This document shows, piece by piece, positions 25,860 through 38,770 of a stretch of DNA of 64,000 nt. The first letter of the stretch is position 1; every line of letters starts with the position of its first letter. A model generated the notes under the pieces. The model had not been told where the DNA came from, ran no database searches, and saw only the letters and a list, made by a program, of their open reading frames with translations. A program made the translations under genes and the position numbers. This DNA comes from Harriotta raleighana (taxonomy: Eukaryota). The DNA lies in NCBI GenBank assembly GCA_050575255.1, contig JBNZDD010013620.1, forward strand, positions 948,274 to 1,012,273. The letters are read 5' to 3'.

Positions 25860-26190
25860 ATAAACCAAGCAGCCAATTTTCACACATCAATAACCAATTT
25901 TATCTCTGGGGGTTATTAGCCAGCACATATGCATGACTCCTCTTGGCAACAGTGACATAGTGACATAGGAACTTGAAGAGTGAATATTTGAATTGTGACA
26001 TAGGAACTTAAATGTCTACATGTGTTCAATTCTGTCTCTCTCTCAACCAAAGGATAGCATCTCTGACAATGCCGCACTTCTCAACGGGATTGACATGTCA
26101 GTCTAGACAATGTGCTCAAAGTCCTAATGTGGGGGCTTGACCAACAACCTTCTGACTTAGAGGCGAGAGTGCTATTAATTTTGCCAGGCA
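25860..26190 (-). mobile_element. Deu-domain SINE (degenerate)
   Basis: tRNA head acaaccttctgacttagaggcgagagtgcta in reverse; Deu remnants. Confidence 0.65.
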
Positions 26191-27594
26191 AACCATTATC
26201 CTTACAATCCATCTGAACAGGCAGATGGGATCTAGGTTTAACATTTCATTTGAAGAACATTATTAATCTTTCAGAATAATTGGATCAATTCTGAGACAAA
26301 GTAGGTTCAATCCAGTTTTTCATTCCTTTTTTTTTCAATTTTCTTCCCTATCCCTGGATAAAATGACTAAAAATATTCACTGAACAGTTAAAGTAAAACT
26401 AATTATCATTGGTGGAACTGTGTGATTTGATGGGTGAATAGATCTAACTGCAAAGACACAATTTGGTATTTTGGGATGTTTCACAGAAAGATTGCCTGTG
26501 ATTCTGAATCTCATCCTAGAGGTCAAGCAACATATATATATTTAAAAGACATAACCCTGAGGAACTCATTTAACAATGGAGCTTGGTTAAGAGTGCCACC
26601 TCCTGGTAGAATTGATTCATAAATTAAACGGAAAGCAATAGTCATGATGTATTGAATGAGTAAACAACGCTTAAAACATTTTATACAAACTCACCAAATC
26701 TGAAGACTTTAAGTCATTCTCTGATAGTGGTTCTTACTTCTAATTTAGAATCATAGAAAATTACAGAACAGGTGATTCTTAGGCATATTAAGCCTATGCG
26801 AGTACTGAATCTTCCACTTGGAGCCATTAATCTATTTCTAATTTGCTGCTCTTTCAACACACATTGAAGTATGGGCCCCATTCTACATAGTAGGGATCCA
26901 TTTTGTCTATGCCACTGCTTCCAGTTTCTCTAAATCACATGTTGTTTGTAAATTAATCCCACTTCCCAGCCCTTTGCCCGTATCCTTTCATGCATTTATT
27001 ATAATTTAAATAATGTTCACATCATTATTCCTTTTTAAAATGTTGTTTCGGGTATTTGCTTCACTGGGCACTTGCATGATTGTTCTTACACTACATACAC
27101 AACAACAGTCTCATCCTTCCCTCAACTCTTTCAGTAATAATCCCGAGTTGCTACCTCCACTTGCGTGTACAGCTTCAAAATACAAATTGCTGTATAACTT
27201 GCTGGAAACTGATTTACATAGAATTCTACACAATAGTACACCAAGGAAACATGCCATTTGACTCATTAGTCTATGCAAGTTTATTTATACAGAAGCTCTC
27301 AATTCCCTTCTCCTATTTATATTGTACAGTATTTCCATCTCATTGACAAATGTGTCAGGTTTTCTTGTAAATTATAATCCTTACATTTGATATAGCACTT
27401 CATTATATCAGCAAGGTGTCTCAAAGTGCTTCACAGCATATACAGTAAATGATGTGACTTTTTTTATTTTGTCGGAGGACATAAATACTTTAGTCCATTT
27501 TGGAGTGGCCACTGGTTTTATTAATTATTTCATTATTAATTTAGTTCCAAATTCTTGATTTGTGTACAAGGCCCTCAATAATGTGTATCAATCA

Positions 27595-27848
27595 TAATAA
27601 TATTAATAATAACTTGCATTTTAATACAGCGCTTTTCACATTTTCTATACATCTCAAAGCGCTTCACAGAATGTACTGAAAAGTAAATTAACTATATTTT
27701 GTGGGCAAAACGCTGGCAGCCAATTGTGTTTTCTTTTTGGAGAGATTATTATTAGGTGTGTGGAGCAAGGTTTCTCCCTGACCTCTCTGGATTCGAACAC
27801 AGGTCTCACGTTTGGAAGCGGAGTGGTCTAACCACAGAGGACTCCACA
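27595..27848 (-). mobile_element. Family A SINE with internal deletion
   Basis: Tail plus head ggattcgaacacaggtctcacg...taaccacagaggactcc. Confidence 0.8.
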
Positions 27849-28849
27849 ATGGCAAACATACACTGAGAAATAGTCTGCAGGCATTACCAGGAAAGGTTAT
27901 TGTCCGAAATGATGAAAAGAAAATGCAAGCATCTCCCAACATTGATGCTACAACTGGCCCGAAGTTAACATCAGCCCAAAACATTTCCCTCCACACAGCA
28001 GACAGGTAGAGTTGGTGTCTATAATTGTGATGGCAGACGCTCTTTAATCCATGTGAAAAAAAATTGATGTCTTACACTTTGATGCAGTTCACACAGCTCT
28101 ACATTTCCTATGATAAAACAACCATTCTTCACAGTGGTTATTTGATTTTGAAAATCACTTGAACCCTAACAGCAGCATGTTGATGCAGGATATTATTTAC
28201 AATGCAATTTAAATTTATATAGCAATTTTCAAGCCTCAGAGATATTTACACAGCTGGCTGGGCACCTGTGGGCAGAGGGGTGGGGGGGAATGAAGAAAAT
28301 GCAGGCAAAAACGTGAGTCTTTAAGAAGAGCTATAAATGTGAGTGGGAGTGACTCGGAAGGACTCAGGGATGGAGTTCCAGGGAACAGGGATAGAATGAC
28401 TGAAAGGAGGTCACCCACGAACAGGATCAGACTGGGTGGTTGACATGAAGCAGGCCATGGTTCGTTGAGGAGATGGAGAGGCAGGGTTGCGTAAGTCACA
28501 GAAGTAGGTGGCATATGTGTAACTCTCATTTTGTCAGATACCCAGCTGACCAAAGAAACTATATATTCACCGTTATCAATGTAAATATAATCAGTCAATT
28601 TACCTTCTCTCCTCTGAGCTCAAGTCTCGGGTCATGATTCTTGGCAGCACAGTGAATGATAAATGTGAAATCATAGGATCCGAATGACACAGTACAGAAA
28701 CAAGTCATTCAGCCCATCACATTTACGTAGGTGTTTTTCTTCATGAATGACATAATCCACTCCCATTTTCTTACTCACTCTCTGTACACATTAATATAGA
28801 GAAACCTCACTCAGGTCACCTTCTCAGCCTCAACTTCTCAAATCTCTTT

Positions 28850-29180
28850 ATAACTGCCCCGGCCGCAATCTTTGTCTTGTGCACATCCTCCGCTCCGCAG
28901 GCTCTGGCCTGCTCCACATCCCCACCATCGGCTGTCAGGCCTTCAGCCTTTCTGACCCCATCTTTAGAAACTCCATCCCACAATCACTTCACCTTAAGCC
29001 ATCCCTTGCCTCCTTCAAGCCATCTCTCAAGACCCTACTCTTCGACTGCACCTTTGAATACCCTCCTACACCTCACCTCTTTGCCCTCCACCCTCCAGAT
29101 ACCAATCCCCTGCTCAGGTTCAAAGCCCTGACTGTCCAGCACTTTAGGAGCTATACAAACAACATTTGTTGTGGTTGAAA
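28850..29180 (+). mobile_element. L2 3' end
   Basis: ORF 28879..29178 ...PTIGCQAFS...RNSIPQSL...SLASFKPSLKTLLF is the L2 ORF2 terminus. Confidence 0.85.
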
Positions 29181-30539
29181 TGCTTCTTTTTGACTGTGAC
29201 CAGATTCACCTCCCCACTCACTGCTCAAAGTCGTGCTCTGCACAGTCAAGCACTCTGGGACACTAACCTGAATCAGGGCGCTATATAAATGTAAGTTGTT
29301 GATGTAATTTTTACAATCTTACTTTCAGGCATCTTTACTTCCCCCCACCCCTCCACCACACTCCTCAGCTTGCCACACCCAGTTCAGGTGCCCAATCAGC
29401 CGTGTGAATCACTTTGAGATAGCCTTGCATACAGTTCTAATCCTGCTTCATAACTGAAATTGTGAATATATATGAATATATATCCATGTTGGCTAGAAAA
29501 ATGGCAAGGTGACTTGCTATTGTAGCTAAAATATTGTATGTTATTATTCTTTTATGTGCGATAATTGCTTCATGGTCATGAGAAAAGAAAGATTGAATAT
29601 TCTTAGTCTGCCTGTGGAAAATTAATTATTAAAGAAGCACGGCTGAACTATAATTTGTTCAGCCTAGGACATAGCATATTAGGTGCTGTCCACAGAAGAA
29701 CCACCTATCATATAACAATATGAAGTGGTGAAGCAAATGTGTTCGAGGTTAAAATCCATCGAACCTAGACGGTTCCATCATTTCATCAACGTTCGCTAAC
29801 TTGAACAATTTCAGAAAGAAGGAAACTGCTGATATGCCAGAACGGCTGAAATCGATTGAACGGTAACCGGAGGAGAAGAATAACACTGTATAATAACTAT
29901 CCAGAAGAACCAACAAAGAATAACAACTGACGAATAAAGTGTACAGCTCAGCTATCTATTATTAAATATTCAACTTTGACTTTGTGATCAATGAACCAAA
30001 GCAAGAAATTTCTGTTCTGAGGCAAGAGACATTTCATCTGTTGGAGGATTTCTGCCTGCTGTTTGTGAATTTACCAACTGACTTTAATACAGACATTTGT
30101 CTATGCCATTGACCTGTCTGTGTATTTGTGATAATTGAACTAACCAAACTTGAAGTAAATAATTTCAGATTATTTAATATTACTAAATATTATTTAATAA
30201 TAACGAACAAACTTAACATAGCTTACTAAGTAAATCATTTCATATTGTTTAATGTTATTAAATAAATCATTTAATATCCAAAATGTATAGTCAATTCACT
30301 TTGCAATATATTCTGTGAAGCTCTTTGAGACATCTAGAAGACGCCATATCAAATTCAAGGATTATTATTATAATTTTCAAAGCATGAGTTGTTGAGTGTC
30401 TTTGGTTCCTCTATTCTTGGATACTTAATTGAAAGAAGGCTACAAAGAATTAGCTGGTCTTATTCCGTTCATTGCCCGGAACGCAACAATACCAAATGTA
30501 AGGATCATTTCACATGTCCTCTCCTGATGCACAAGGCAT

Positions 30540-31110
30540 TACATAAATGTTCAAAGCTGTGGCTTGAAAGTTGAGTGTAGCTGGCATTGACATGCTGGGA
30601 TCTGCTGGGCAACAGCATCAAATCATTTGTCAGCCAGTTCATTAAATAAAGCAAATGGTTTATGGCAACTTCAATTGAATGAAGTCGGGGAATGTTTTTC
30701 CACAGCACATTTCAACTAGGCACATCTTCCAGCGATGAAATGTCACCATTGATTCACCCTCCCACGTACCCCATTGTACTTCACTTTTGCCATCACTCTC
30801 GCAAACGAATCCTTCAGTAACTCATCGAAGCACTGTCTCTGGAATATCATCTATATCGAGTACCTTAAAACAGTCTTACATTTCCCACTTTGCAGCAACG
30901 GCGGAGCTTGTCAACACATCCGAAAGAAAATCCTAATAATTTGCATAACCATCAGCTGGTGAATTTACAAACGTTGTTTGGATTACACTGAAAAGCCTAA
31001 AATGGTTTGATTTATTATCTGCTCTCAACAATTCGAGCCATCAGTATGACAGCTGCTGGTAGTTTCACATTCCTGCAGACAATTGCACTGAAAAGGAAAA
31101 CTATATATTC
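30540..31110. promoter_or_regulatory. Candidate conserved non-coding block
   Basis: Repeat-free; tttatgg (posterior Hox/Cdx), tgacag (Meis), aatttgcata (octamer-like) motifs. Confidence 0.3.
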
Positions 31111-31789
31111 AATTATATTCACCAGAAATATTTGCCTCGTAACAAGAACAACATCCTGATGGATATTTGTTGTCTGCAAATAAACATGCAAAGCCTCAAT
31201 AACCCTCTCTTTAAAGCAATTGAAGTGCCTTTGATCTGACTTCTGGGCAATGGATGTTTGACCCGTGTTTGTGGATCTCACTGTGGCTGAAGCTGAAAGT
31301 ACTGCTAATACCAAATGTTGCCTGTGATACCGCTTTATCACGTTCGTGAGATGCCTCAAGTTGTCTCTTGTCATTGAATATATTGTGTATTGCATGTATT
31401 GTTATACAGTATATTGAATATATCGTAAAGTGGATTGAGTAAGAAATTTTGGGGTGAAACTCGGCAGCCAATTGTTTGGAGCAGCCCATGCCTCACAAAC
31501 AGTCATGGATTGAGAGACCACATTTTTTTTAACAACAGTATCATGAATTTAAGAGGAAACGTTTTCTCAAAAACAAATCCCACATTTGATGCCTACGTAA
31601 GGCAGAAAGGTGTTGGATGGATGGAGACTCATGCGTCGTATAAACTCGAACCTACACTGAATTTTTCTTTCCTTCTTTCCATTCTGTGCAATTCTAGGCC
31701 TCAGCCTGACTCAGTTGGTAGCACTTGGTAGTTTATTTGTAAAATATACATCGTATAATATTAACAATAATATAAAAGCATGTTTGTGA

Positions 31790-32288
31790 ACACGGCCGGG
31801 CAGCTGAGAACCGTGGCAATGTACAGTGTTTGTCACGTGGGAACTCGAGAATGCTTCATGTAACCTGGACAATCATATATGCGAGAAGTGACTTTGGCTG
31901 CTCGAGCTTGAGCTCAAGAATTCTGAGCTTGAAGAGAGATTGGAGTCACTATATCATATACGGGAGGCTGAGGATTTCATGGACCAAACTTTTCAGGAGG
32001 TGGGTCACCCCCACAGCCACCGAGGGTGACTGGGTGACAACCCGGCATGATAGGAAGAAGGGAGACGGGCAGTCCAGAACTCCCCGACAGTGTGGCACTC
32101 ACAAACTGGTACTCTGTACTGAATAATGATGAGGGTGTTGATACCTCGGGTGAGAGTGGTAAAAAGCAAAAAGAGGACACAGGGAAGTGTGTCAATGCGG
32201 ATGTCATTGGAGATACAACAGTCAAAGGTATAGACCAGGCATTTCTGCAACTGAAGACGTGAGTCTCGGATGCTAGGTTGCCTGCCCA
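31790..32288 (+). mobile_element. CR1 LINE ORF1 fragment (Zn-finger/coiled coil to start of the SGNH esterase domain), frameshifted
   Basis: Translates in pieces to NHICEK...LELELK..ELEERLESL..IREAEDFMDQTFQEV, VALTNWYSVL, VIGDTTVKGIDQAF, ESRMLGCLP. Confidence 0.8.
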
Positions 32289-32375
32289 CTCTATTCATCA
32301 GGCTCCAATCTACTCCTTGTCCTCCGCCCGACCCACCCTACCATCGGCGGATGAACTTTCAACCTTTCAATCTTC
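32281..32375 (+). mobile_element. L2 ORF2 snippet inside the CR1
   Basis: cctgcccactct...caggctccaatctactcc...ctaccatcggcggatgaactttcaacc resembles L2 copies at ~23727-23815 and ~28890-28950. Confidence 0.6.
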
Positions 32376-32389
32376 CTTGGACACACGGG

Positions 32390-33125
32390 TGGGGCCAGAG
32401 GACTGCAATATAGACTAGATAGTACAATCTTAAGGGGTTGAATGAACAGAGAGAGCTGGGATTCATACAAGTAAATTTTTAAAGGACAGGTAGATAAGGC
32501 TGTTAAAAAAAGCATACAGGATACTAGGCTTTATAAGTAGGAGCATAAATATGGGCCTAGAGTACAAAGGTAAGGAAGTTATGATTAACCTGTATAAAAC
32601 GCTGGTTAGGACACAGCTAGAGTACTGTGTTCAGTTTTGGGATGGATGTTAAGGCATTGGAAAGGATGCTGAGAGGATTTACCAGGATGGTACCAGGATT
32701 GAGGGACTTCTGTTATGAGGAAAGGCTGGAGAAGGTAGGATTATTCTCTTTGGAGCAGAGAAGGTCATGAGGAGACCTAATAGAGGTTTTCAAAATCATG
32801 AGGGGATTTAAAAGGGTAAACGGGGGAAAAACAGTTTCTACTGGTGGCTGTGTCAGTGACTTGAGATCACAAATTTAAAATAGTTTCTAAAAGATGCAGA
32901 GGAGGAGAAATTTTTTCACTCCACGAGTTGTTCGAATCTGGAATGCATTGCCTCAAAGGGTGGTGGAGGCAGATTGGATAGCAACTTTTAAACATGAGGT
33001 GGAAGGTTATTTGGGGAGGACAGGTTTGTGGGGTTATGGGGAGAGAGCTGGGGAGTGGGATTGACTTTGGATAGCTGTTTTCAAAGAGCGGGTACAGACA
33101 CAATGGGTTGAATAGCCTTGTTTTG
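32390..33125 (+). mobile_element. CR1 ORF2 C-terminus plus 3' UTR
   Basis: [50 protein letters not shown]; terminus atgggttgaatagcct. Confidence 0.92.
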
Positions 33126-33129
33126 TGGT

Positions 33130-33303
33130 TTTGTGGGTCGTGGACTTGAGGAGTTGATTCACTTTCCTTTCTCCATAGATGCTGCATGACCTATTGATGC
33201 TGCAGTGCGAAACAAAGATATTTTATGTTGCTAAAATATTATCTACCAGTGATTTCTGTTTTTGATTCAGACTGCAGCATCTGCAGTATTTTGTGTTATT
33301 TTA
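33130..33303 (+). mobile_element. Penelope-like terminal remnant (one arm)
   Basis: gggtcgtggac..., cactttcctttctccatagatgctgcatgacc and gatttctgtttttgattcagactgcagcatctgcagtatttt match the elements at 40925 and 55731. Confidence 0.7.
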
Positions 33304-34363
33304 GATATAATTGACATTAGGCACATTAGGATTGTAAAATAATAATAATAATAATTCTTCATTTGACGTAGCGCTTTTCACATCTTCTAGACGTCTCAAT
33401 GTGCTTCACAGAATATGCTTTAAAGTAAAATTAAGGCCTAAATTATACATTGGCAGTTGGTAATTCATTTTTGAGAAATGTATTTCGGTGTTATTCACTC
33501 TGCTGATTTTTATCTGCCTTTAATGATATGAGAAGCAGGTTTATCCAGCTTGTGTGCAAACAAGGTACTTTTGAAAGTTGGTTTATTTCTTTTGTCTCTT
33601 GGGGTTACCAAATTATAGGGATTATTGCTTAAAAATTTGATGTATTCAAAGCACTTAAGATGGGTTTTCTTCATTAACTCGCATTGAATTAACTGAAGCA
33701 GAATAATCCAGTTTAATTTTCCCAGGTTCCCATTCACTTGTGCAATACCATGATAAATTATATAACATGCACATTTCCATTATTTCTCTACACAGTACAG
33801 AATATGCTACTTAACACTTCAGTATCTGTTATGCAGCTTGTCAGAAATCCTCCCCTGCCTCATATAAAGGTTTCTCGGATTCTTTCCTAGTGCTGCAGTG
33901 GGGAAGCATCCCTCAGGTGACTTCTGTATGCTTTTTCTCCAAATTATTTGCAACCTTCAATGTGATTTTTAAAAATTTTGTTGTATCTCTAATCATTAGA
34001 AGTTTTCCAGTTCTCTCCCTCTTTCACAAGAGGCATTGGGTTGACAATGAGAAGACCTGTTTAGTACACTAAGATCTGTTGTAGGAATTTTACTTTGTTT
34101 TGGACCTGGCTAGATGGATAATTTTAAAATCATCGCAAACAAAATCAGGACTTTCTGTCTGGTCGCATGATTGAAAATAAACCCAAATTCAAGCCCTGTC
34201 AGTTTGCCAATCAAATCCCAATGTTAATTCATTAGAAGTGGAGGTAGTACGTGTTAACTTGAAAATTAATATGCTTTGGTATTGCCAAATTAAAGATGGA
34301 TTACAAAACCGATGAATTTGACTTTCTATCTATTTCTTTGTCTGACCTCTACTGATTGTATTA

Positions 34364-34730
34364 TAACAACGCGACAAAATTGCATTTGTAGAGTGCCTTT
34401 CACGTCGGGAGGACGTCCCAAGGTGCTGAAAAGTCAGGTTGGGACCTGAGCGAGGGGGTGGGGGGCAGGGTAGGGGGATTGGGAGGGAGAGTGTTAGGAG
34501 GGGAGTGAGAGAGTTGGGAGGCCAGCAGAAGGCACAATCGAAGAGGAGGGTCTTGAGACTGGCCTTGAAGGAGGCGAGGGAGGAAGCGAGGTGAAGGGAC
34601 TGAGGGATGGAGTTCCAGAGTGTGGGAGCAGAGAGGCTGAAAGCCCATCCACTGATGGTTGGGCAGTCCGACGGGGGACATGGAGCAGACGGGAGCCAGC
34701 TGAACGCAGGTTCATTGGAAGATAGGACAT
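34364..34730 (-). mobile_element. L2 3' end
   Basis: ORF 34330..34734 ...WAFSLSAPTLWNSIPQSLHLASSLASFKASLKTLLF; L2 terminus. Confidence 0.9.
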
Positions 34731-36243
34731 ACATGCATCTATTTATGGTATAAACTTGAACAAACCCTCAAATTATTTGTTTTCAAAGTGACTGTTCTTA
34801 GAAAATGAATTGCCTGAAAACCGCAATTTAAACCCTTTTCAATTTTGTGGTATGCAATTGAGAAATGTGCTGAATTTAATTTAAAGCAATTATTTTTATA
34901 GTTTGGACCACATACTCAAGCCTGTCTATCATGATATCCCTGCATATAAGAATGATTGCCCATTAATATAAAAATAAACTGTATGATTTCTACTGACAAC
35001 CCTATGGTTGGAAATAAGTAACTATGGGGACTGATTGCTTTAGAGAAAATGAAAAGTACTGTTGCAAATGAGCTATTCCGAAAAAAAAAAGTTATCCATT
35101 CAATAGAATATTAAAGTGCTGAAATTAAGGTAAAATTAACTTGCATAGGGAAGCATAGGGTACATAAAGGTGTCCAATATCTGATGATTTCTATTGGAAT
35201 TCTTTCAAAAGAAAACAGGAGGCACATCACTTTGTCACACTGGGATCTCTGCTCTGACAGAATTAATTCGACAATGAGAGTCTGATCTTTTGTTCACCTG
35301 GTGTCATCACAGCTCAACCTGACAATTTCCTCACGCGTGATCCCCAATGCGTGATCCCCTTCCTTGTCTGACGCCAATCTAGGAAGGAAACCCGAACCGA
35401 TTTTTCCTCTTCCTAAAACATGGATCATGAAACTAACTCTTCAGATCCACTCAGGATTCAGTATACTTTTTCTCCTGCCAGTCCAAAACACAAATAAATT
35501 CAAGCACCAAAAATTATAATGGGAGAAATTATTTTCCCCGACACAGATTTGCAAGTTTCACCAAAGCACAGATATATAACTCTTGGCCACTACTGCCCGA
35601 ATATTGCTGATTTCATTGAGTAACACTATTGCTAGTTATATTTCAAGATGTATTCAGAACAATTGTAAATCTAGTTAGACATCACATCTGTGCAATAGTA
35701 GCAGCACTGTATTTGCAGTTGGTTAATGGTATAGAATAATGCCAATATACTAGTTATAATGCTACATTTGTAGAAAATAAAACAAAATGCTGGTGACACA
35801 ATCCAGATTTTGCAGCAGATCCAGCTGCAGTTTTAGTGATTAAATAAGATGAAGTACAAATATTAGAAGCTTTTTTTTCCCTTCAGTAGGCAGACTGCAT
35901 GATTTCTAATTCAAGCATAGTCCTGATCCAAGCACATTTCGTGGCAGATCGCTTATGCATTTGGAAAGACAACTGCACAAAATCAGGTCTCAGCAAGCAT
36001 CCTAAATGATTACTCTGTCATCTTCAGGGTAGCACATTGAGAGTGCAGTCAATATGTAGGCATGTTTTATATTCCTGGAGGCACTCTGCATCACTTGCAG
36101 TACTAGTGAGCTGCGGAGAAAGAAACTGGATTTATACTTCTTTGGCGACATGAAGAATGCTCCCTTTAAACTTCTGGAGCAGCCTGGGAAGGGTATCTTT
36201 TGTGCTAGGCCAAATCAATGGAGTTCTCTTACATGTACGCAGC

Positions 36244-36578
36244 CAGGGCCAATCGGAGGGGAGGCCAGGAGGGCCATTTGGCCTGGGCCTCAAGCTCAAA
36301 GTGGGCCTCAAATTTAGATATGTTCATTTTTTGGGGGCATTTGTTAAGTTCCGTGGCTTGCTGTTATGTGTCACCCTTTCGAACCAAAAATCTCAGCTCA
36401 TTAAACAGGACTTAACATTTGTACGGGTTTTCGTTAGGCTTGATACAAAAAAGCAAAATTTTAATTATAATTTCCTAATATTGTACCGTAGTCATTAAAT
36501 ATAGTGAGGCCGTGATTTGGAACTTAACCGTCAGTTTTTGTTATGGCCAGGGGCGTCAAAAGTCTGAGAGGGCTTTTA
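36244..36578. mobile_element. Probable non-autonomous hAT DNA transposon (MITE)
   Basis: Starts CAGGGCC with GC-rich subterminal gggcc repeats, AT-rich interior, degenerate end gccaggggcgtcaaaagtctgagagggcttt. Confidence 0.5.
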
Positions 36579-36619
36579 CGCAGAAATAATAAGAATTCAT
36601 GTTGTGCCCTCACTATCTA

Positions 36620-37012
36620 CACTGGGACTTAAATTCACAGTTTAAAGCTGACACTGAGTGACGAACTGACACTCCAATGCATGGCTGGGGGGGGGGGTGT
36701 TGCATTGTTGGAAGTGCTGTCCATCGAATGAGCTGTTAAACCAAGGCCACATCTGCCTTTTCAAATGGCTATTAAATACTCCGTGGCATGTTTCAAAAAG
36801 AAAAAAAGAGTTTCTCCTGGGTTCTTGGCCAACAATCCCCCAAAGAAAATTGGTCATTCATTTCATGGATGTTTGTGGGACATTGTCGTGCGTAATTGTG
36901 TTGTCGTCTTTGCCTACAAATACACAATCACTTCATTTCACAGTGAATCCTGTGAAGCACTTTGAAACAGTCCTCTGATAATATATATTATACTACCAAA
37001 TGCAAGGATTAT
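36620..37012 (+). mobile_element. Deu-domain SINE
   Basis: ctgacactccaatgc...gagctgttaaaccaaggcc...ttctcctgggttcttggccaacaatccc, shared core and aatgcaaggatt tail. Confidence 0.85.
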
Positions 37013-37619
37013 TTACCTACCCCAAGCAGCCAGGCCCCAGCATTATTTGCCCAAATCTAGTATTTTTTTCCTTTTAGATCCCTTTACCAAGTGTTTCTAC
37101 CATTAGCATTTCACATTGTGGGCACAAAGAGAGTACCAGTTAACACTGACGAGGGTTAACGCTACAAGCCTTTATTGTACGACATTCAGTGTAGCATTTG
37201 GATACTTTTCCATCACCACATTCACAACCAGCATCATATTATCCATACAAGTTAACTTCTTCATGAAAAGTAGTGCTCTCCAGATCATCGAAATTCTAGG
37301 CACACAACCGAATGAGACATCCACAATCTGAAGCATCACAAGAAACATGGATTCAATCTAAATACTGTACTTCCACCTTTAGCGTCTGCCAGGTGCAGGT
37401 GACATTAATTTTCTACATTACAGTCTATAAACGATACAAAATGTGCCTCCAGACAGTTTTACAACGTGTTTAAAAGGGTTGTTCAAGTAACTTTGTTGAG
37501 GGATTTCAGGTTAGAAGCTGATGGATTTTTAAAATTCGAGTTTTTAGCATTCGGGTTTATGTTGTTAAATCACCTTTTGATGATCCGATTGGGATTTCTG
37601 ATATTTTTTTAAAAAAGTA

Positions 37620-38100
37620 AACATATTTCTCGCTGAATCTTTGTTTCAGCAGGTGTTGGGAAGTGTGCTGAATAGATTGCAATAATCCACTGCCATGTAT
37701 TGGCAGCTAATACACCGTTTTATTTTTATCTTCCGCAAACAATTTTACAGGTTTGACAATTCAATCAGTTTCAAAGGAATGTACTCTTTCCAGGGACCAC
37801 ACAGCAGACGGCGAGTTTACAGCTGCTTTACACTACTAAATTAACACAACAACTTGATGCTTCCTGTTCCAAACTGCCTTCGCCTAGAGACATAATAATC
37901 ATTGCTTGTATTTTAATGTTGTGTAAAGAACTTCATTAACATTAAAAGCAACTTCTCAAAAACCTTAAAGGGACCATTTCTCAGTGGAAGTCAAATAAAT
38001 TTGCACCACCTCCACCTGCGTTTGCTACAGGGTTGTGGATTAATGCTGAAACCACCTCAGTAAAGACAACATTGACTCTCCAGCTCCAGAGTAAATTTCT
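37620..38100. promoter_or_regulatory. Candidate conserved non-coding block
   Basis: Repeat-free with homeodomain/Fox-like motifs; conservation not tested. Confidence 0.25.
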
Positions 38101-38269
38101 TTGCAATCACATCGCTGTTGTTTGATCCAAAATACCAAGTAAAACCTGGAGAGATAATGGTCAAAATCTTCGATACAAGAAATGTGGAGATCCCTTGATG
38201 ATTGGTGACTAAAGGTGATGCCTAATAGAGTACAGATACAGGCAGACCAGAAGTAATCAGGTTTAAATC

Positions 38270-38770
38270 ATGATCTCATATCGTCCTTGGTCAGGCTACA
38301 ACTCATACAGTTCTAGTCACTGCAACATAAGGAGGTTTCCTTCCCAAAACCTAGGGGCAGTGCGGATGAAAGCAATGAAAATGATCCCAAGTGTTAGAGG
38401 AATGAGCAATGATCAGATAAGCGTGGACTCCTCAGTTTTAAAAGAAGACATCCTAGAAAAGACCTTACAGATGGGAACAACATTTTAAATGGGATTGAGA
38501 AAGTAAACACAGAACTATACTTTCAGATGAACAAAGACAGAATGACAAGAGGACCAGGTTTAGAGTTGCAGACAGCAATTTTAGGACATATGGGACAAAC
38601 TGTTTCTGTAATCACTGGCAGGAAAATGTTTAACAGGAAAGGGGTGAGGGCCAAGACATCGGACTTATTTTTTTTAAAAAGCTGAATGTTGGGATGGTAA
38701 AATGAAAGGTTGAGCGTTCTGGAAAAGATCAGGTGGGCCAAAAAGCTCCATCCAGACCAATCTCGCAATC
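38270..38770 (+). mobile_element. Old CR1 ORF2 3' fragment
   Basis: AVRMKAMKMIPSVRGMS...ILNGIEKVNTELYFQMNKDRMTRG; terminus gatcaggtgggccaaaaagctcc. Confidence 0.7.
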
